Assembly (NCBI RefSeq): GCF_038025025.1 | Contig: NW_027117349.1 | Coordinates: 930,001-994,000 of the forward strand | DNA: 64,000 nucleotides | From: Phyllosticta citribraziliensis | Lineage: Eukaryota | Reading direction: 5' to 3' | In this document: in pieces, positions 61,898 to 64,000 of the stretch | Numbering within the stretch: position 1 is the first letter of the stretch | Layout: every line of letters begins with the position of its first letter | Notes under the pieces: generated by a model | The model's input: the letters and a program-made list of their open reading frames with translations, nothing else | The model's database searches: none | What the model was told of the DNA's origin: nothing | Translations under genes and position numbers: made by a program

Positions 61898-64000
61898 TCA
61901 TCGGTTGCAAGCAAGAAGTTCCACTTCGGGAATGCCGTAGCCGAAGTCGAGCAGCAATGCACGACCGTCCTGGCTCGTCGCTACTATGCGGCGGTAGTCA
62001 CTCTTGGCGCTGAGAATCCAGCTGGTTGTCCAGTTGTCGTAAACGGAAATCTCTTCACCGGTGGTGTAGTCGTAGACGCGGATCGACTGGTCGTAGCTGC
62101 CCGAGAGGACACGCGAGTTGGGAGTGTCGAGGAAGAGGGAGCGCACCAGGCCGGTGTGCCCCACGAATTTCCTGACCACTTCTCCGGTTGCAACGTCAAA
62201 CTTGTACACTGTCTGGTCGTTGCCACCGGCGAGGACGTACTTGGCATCGTCGCTAAATTCAACGGCTGCCAAGCCACGGTCACCGCTCCTCAGCTCCTTG
62301 ACAAGGGCCCTGGTCTTGAGGTTCCAGAGCATGGCAGCACCATCGCCGCTTGCCGACACCAAAAGGTCGCCGCGCATTTGAACAGCATTGACCGGCCCGC
62401 GGTGGCCATGGAGCTTCTTGATCAATTCACCCGTGTTGCGGTCCCAGATGCAAATGTGGTTGTCCTTGCTGCACGACACAATGTAGCGCGAGTCGAAGCA
62501 AACGTCGAGGACACCAGCGTCGTGCGCCCTCAATTGCCATTTGGGCTCCCAAGTCTTGATGTCCCAAACAATGCAGCTGCTATCCGAAGAGCCAGTGACT
62601 ACAATCTCGTCGTCGAATTGAAGGCAGAGAATGCTAGCCTCGTGGTAGAACTTGGGCTGGTGGAAGATGGCCTGACCCTCAGGCGTGCCATTGACCGACG
62701 GCTGATTGTGCTGGGTGTAGGCGCGCTTGACCTCGAGCGGCTGCGGCGTGTTAGGCTGAGGCTTCGAGTCGGGTCCTCCTATGACCTTGAGACACTTGTA
62801 CGTCTTCAGGTCCCACACGCGAATGGTGCGGTCGCGAGAACCGGTAATGATCTTGTCTTCGTCGAATTGGCAGCAGTAGACGCTGTCGGTGTGGCCGTTG
62901 AAGTAGACGGCGGCCGGGTGGGAGCTCGTCCAGCGCCTCTCAATCGTCTTCCTGATGCGGTACATTTTCTTCCAATCCTGGTTTGGGCGTACCGAGCCGG
63001 CGCCAACACCGCCCATCTGAAGCGGAGGTGGGTCCACGTGGATCCTCTGGCCGTACCGACGCGAAAAGACCGTGCGCCAGACGTGCCTGGACGATGCGTG
63101 AACGGACCACGACCTGCTGACCCGCTCACAGGTTGTAAGGGATGCGGCGTCGAGGAAGGAAAAGACCTGCTCCGCGATTTCGCGGGGGAACAGGGCGACA
63201 AAGTCTGTGCTGGTGTCAATGGAGCGGTTCAGGACGGCGGCCGGCGAGGACGTACCCATCTTGGGGGGCAGCGGGGCGACGAGCTGACACTGGTCATCCC
63301 CTATGACGCTGTCAGTCTCGGAGGGCTGGGCGCCGGGCGAGGACAGCTTGGAGTAGCTCCTCGAGAAGATGTTCATGTTGGCGGCGTTCAGTTGGTTGGC
63401 AGACTCGCGAGCGGCATTGCCAGCGGTGAAATTGATATAGGGCGGACCGACGAGAGAGGGCGGCGGCACGGGGTTCCATCGGTCGTTGGCAGGGCCGGAG
63501 ACGGCAGGGCGTCGGAACTTCTTGAGGCTCCTGCGTGCACTTGCCCAGCGCTTAGGCATGATGGACGAGTGCGAGATTGACGACGACACGTTGGCGAGGC
63601 CATTGGAGAGGGAGGAGGAAGAGGGCTGGTCGTCGTCGTCGGCGACGACGTCGACGTCGGGGGAAGGAGCATAGGCGGGCGTGGGGACGGCTACCTCCTG
63701 ACGGCGGGACGGGCCAGATGATGAGCCGGCCATGGTGACTGCACCGTCGCGGGAGCGGTGCGAGGCGCTCTTGACCATTTGCTTGACCTGCTCCAAGGCA
63801 ATCTCGAGGCCCTGTATGGTGGACTGGCGGCGGGAGTGGGACGACGTGGTCGTGTTCATGCTGAGCGAGGCCTTGTGCTTGGCGTGTGGAGCATGGTGGT
63901 GGTGGTGAGCGTGGTCAGGCTGGTCAAAGACCTGGCTCTGGGTGCGCTTTGGGGGGCGTGGCGACGACGTGGTGGCAGACGAAGAAGACGAGTCGGCCGC
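61898..64000 (-). CDS. FWD1: F-box/WD40 protein (FWD-1/beta-TrCP-like); 5' end probably outside the window
   Basis: F-box DFVALFPREIAEQVFSFLD followed by WD40 repeats (GHTDSVYCCQFD, GSRDRTIRVWD, HRGPVNAVQ). The frame stays open 47 codons beyond the ATG at 63859, up to the window edge. Confidence 0.85.
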   Translation of the reverse strand, partial: AADSSSSSATTSSPRPPKRTQSQVFDQPDHAHHHHHAPHAKHKASLSMNTTTSSHSRRQSTIQGLEIALEQVKQMVKSASHRSRDGAVTMAGSSSGPSRRQEVAVPTPAYAPSPDVDVVADDDDQPSSSSLSNGLANVSSSISHSSIMPKRWASARRSLKKFRRPAVSGPANDRWNPVPPPSLVGPPYINFTAGNAARESANQLNAANMNIFSRSYSKLSSPGAQPSETDSVIGDDQCQLVAPLPPKMGTSSPAAVLNRSIDTSTDFVALFPREIAEQVFSFLDAASLTTCERVSRSWSVHASSRHVWRTVFSRRYGQRIHVDPPPLQMGGVGAGSVRPNQDWKKMYRIRKTIERRWTSSHPAAVYFNGHTDSVYCCQFDEDKIITGSRDRTIRVWDLKTYKCLKVIGGPDSKPQPNTPQPLEVKRAYTQHNQPSVNGTPEGQAIFHQPKFYHEASILCLQFDDEIVVTGSSDSSCIVWDIKTWEPKWQLRAHDAGVLDVCFDSRYIVSCSKDNHICIWDRNTGELIKKLHGHRGPVNAVQMRGDLLVSASGDGAAMLWNLKTRALVKELRSGDRGLAAVEFSDDAKYVLAGGNDQTVYKFDVATGEVVRKFVGHTGLVRSLFLDTPNSRVLSGSYDQSIRVYDYTTGEEISVYDNWTTSWILSAKSDYRRIVATSQDGRALLLDFGYGIPEVELLACNR

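Noticed and set aside
61838..63580. 580-aa + strand ORF
   Set aside because: Antisense shadow of the F-box/WD40 gene caused by GC-biased codon usage; no motifs.

Overview
Eukaryotic DNA from a filamentous ascomycete (Pezizomycotina; a Dothideomycete is my tentative guess). It is GC-rich, with short GT-AG introns and CTRAC branch points. I reconstructed about 20 genes by hand from splice signals: a C2H2 zinc-finger protein, SCS3/FIT, ARPC5, a 4-TM membrane protein, a ~1370-aa orphan-like protein, UBC1, RPT2, dynactin p62, NDUFAF5, a small membrane protein, EFM7, EFM4, an Ark1/Prk1 kinase, GRR1, a GST, a CCCH protein, a cytochrome P450, TMEM256, RPS7 and an F-box/WD40 (FWD1-like) gene running off the right edge. 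No transposase, intact tRNA, rRNA or CRISPR was found. The least explained elements are: (1) a non-coding array of 11 GGAGCATTCA-core repeats with variable spacers at 7.3-7.8 kb; (2) a spliced unit whose only plausible product is a 21-33-aa peptide ending PPPPKKRR (14.2 kb); (3) the orphan protein, with a hidden MGNDLSCC lipid-anchor exon and three copies of an unrecognised ~160-aa domain; (4) a CCCH protein with NYN/PIN-like acidic motifs; (5) a cryptic micro-exon gene candidate at 3.2-4.5 kb; (6) two eEF1A methyltransferase genes tail-to-tail. All identities come from motif recognition only; no database search was run.
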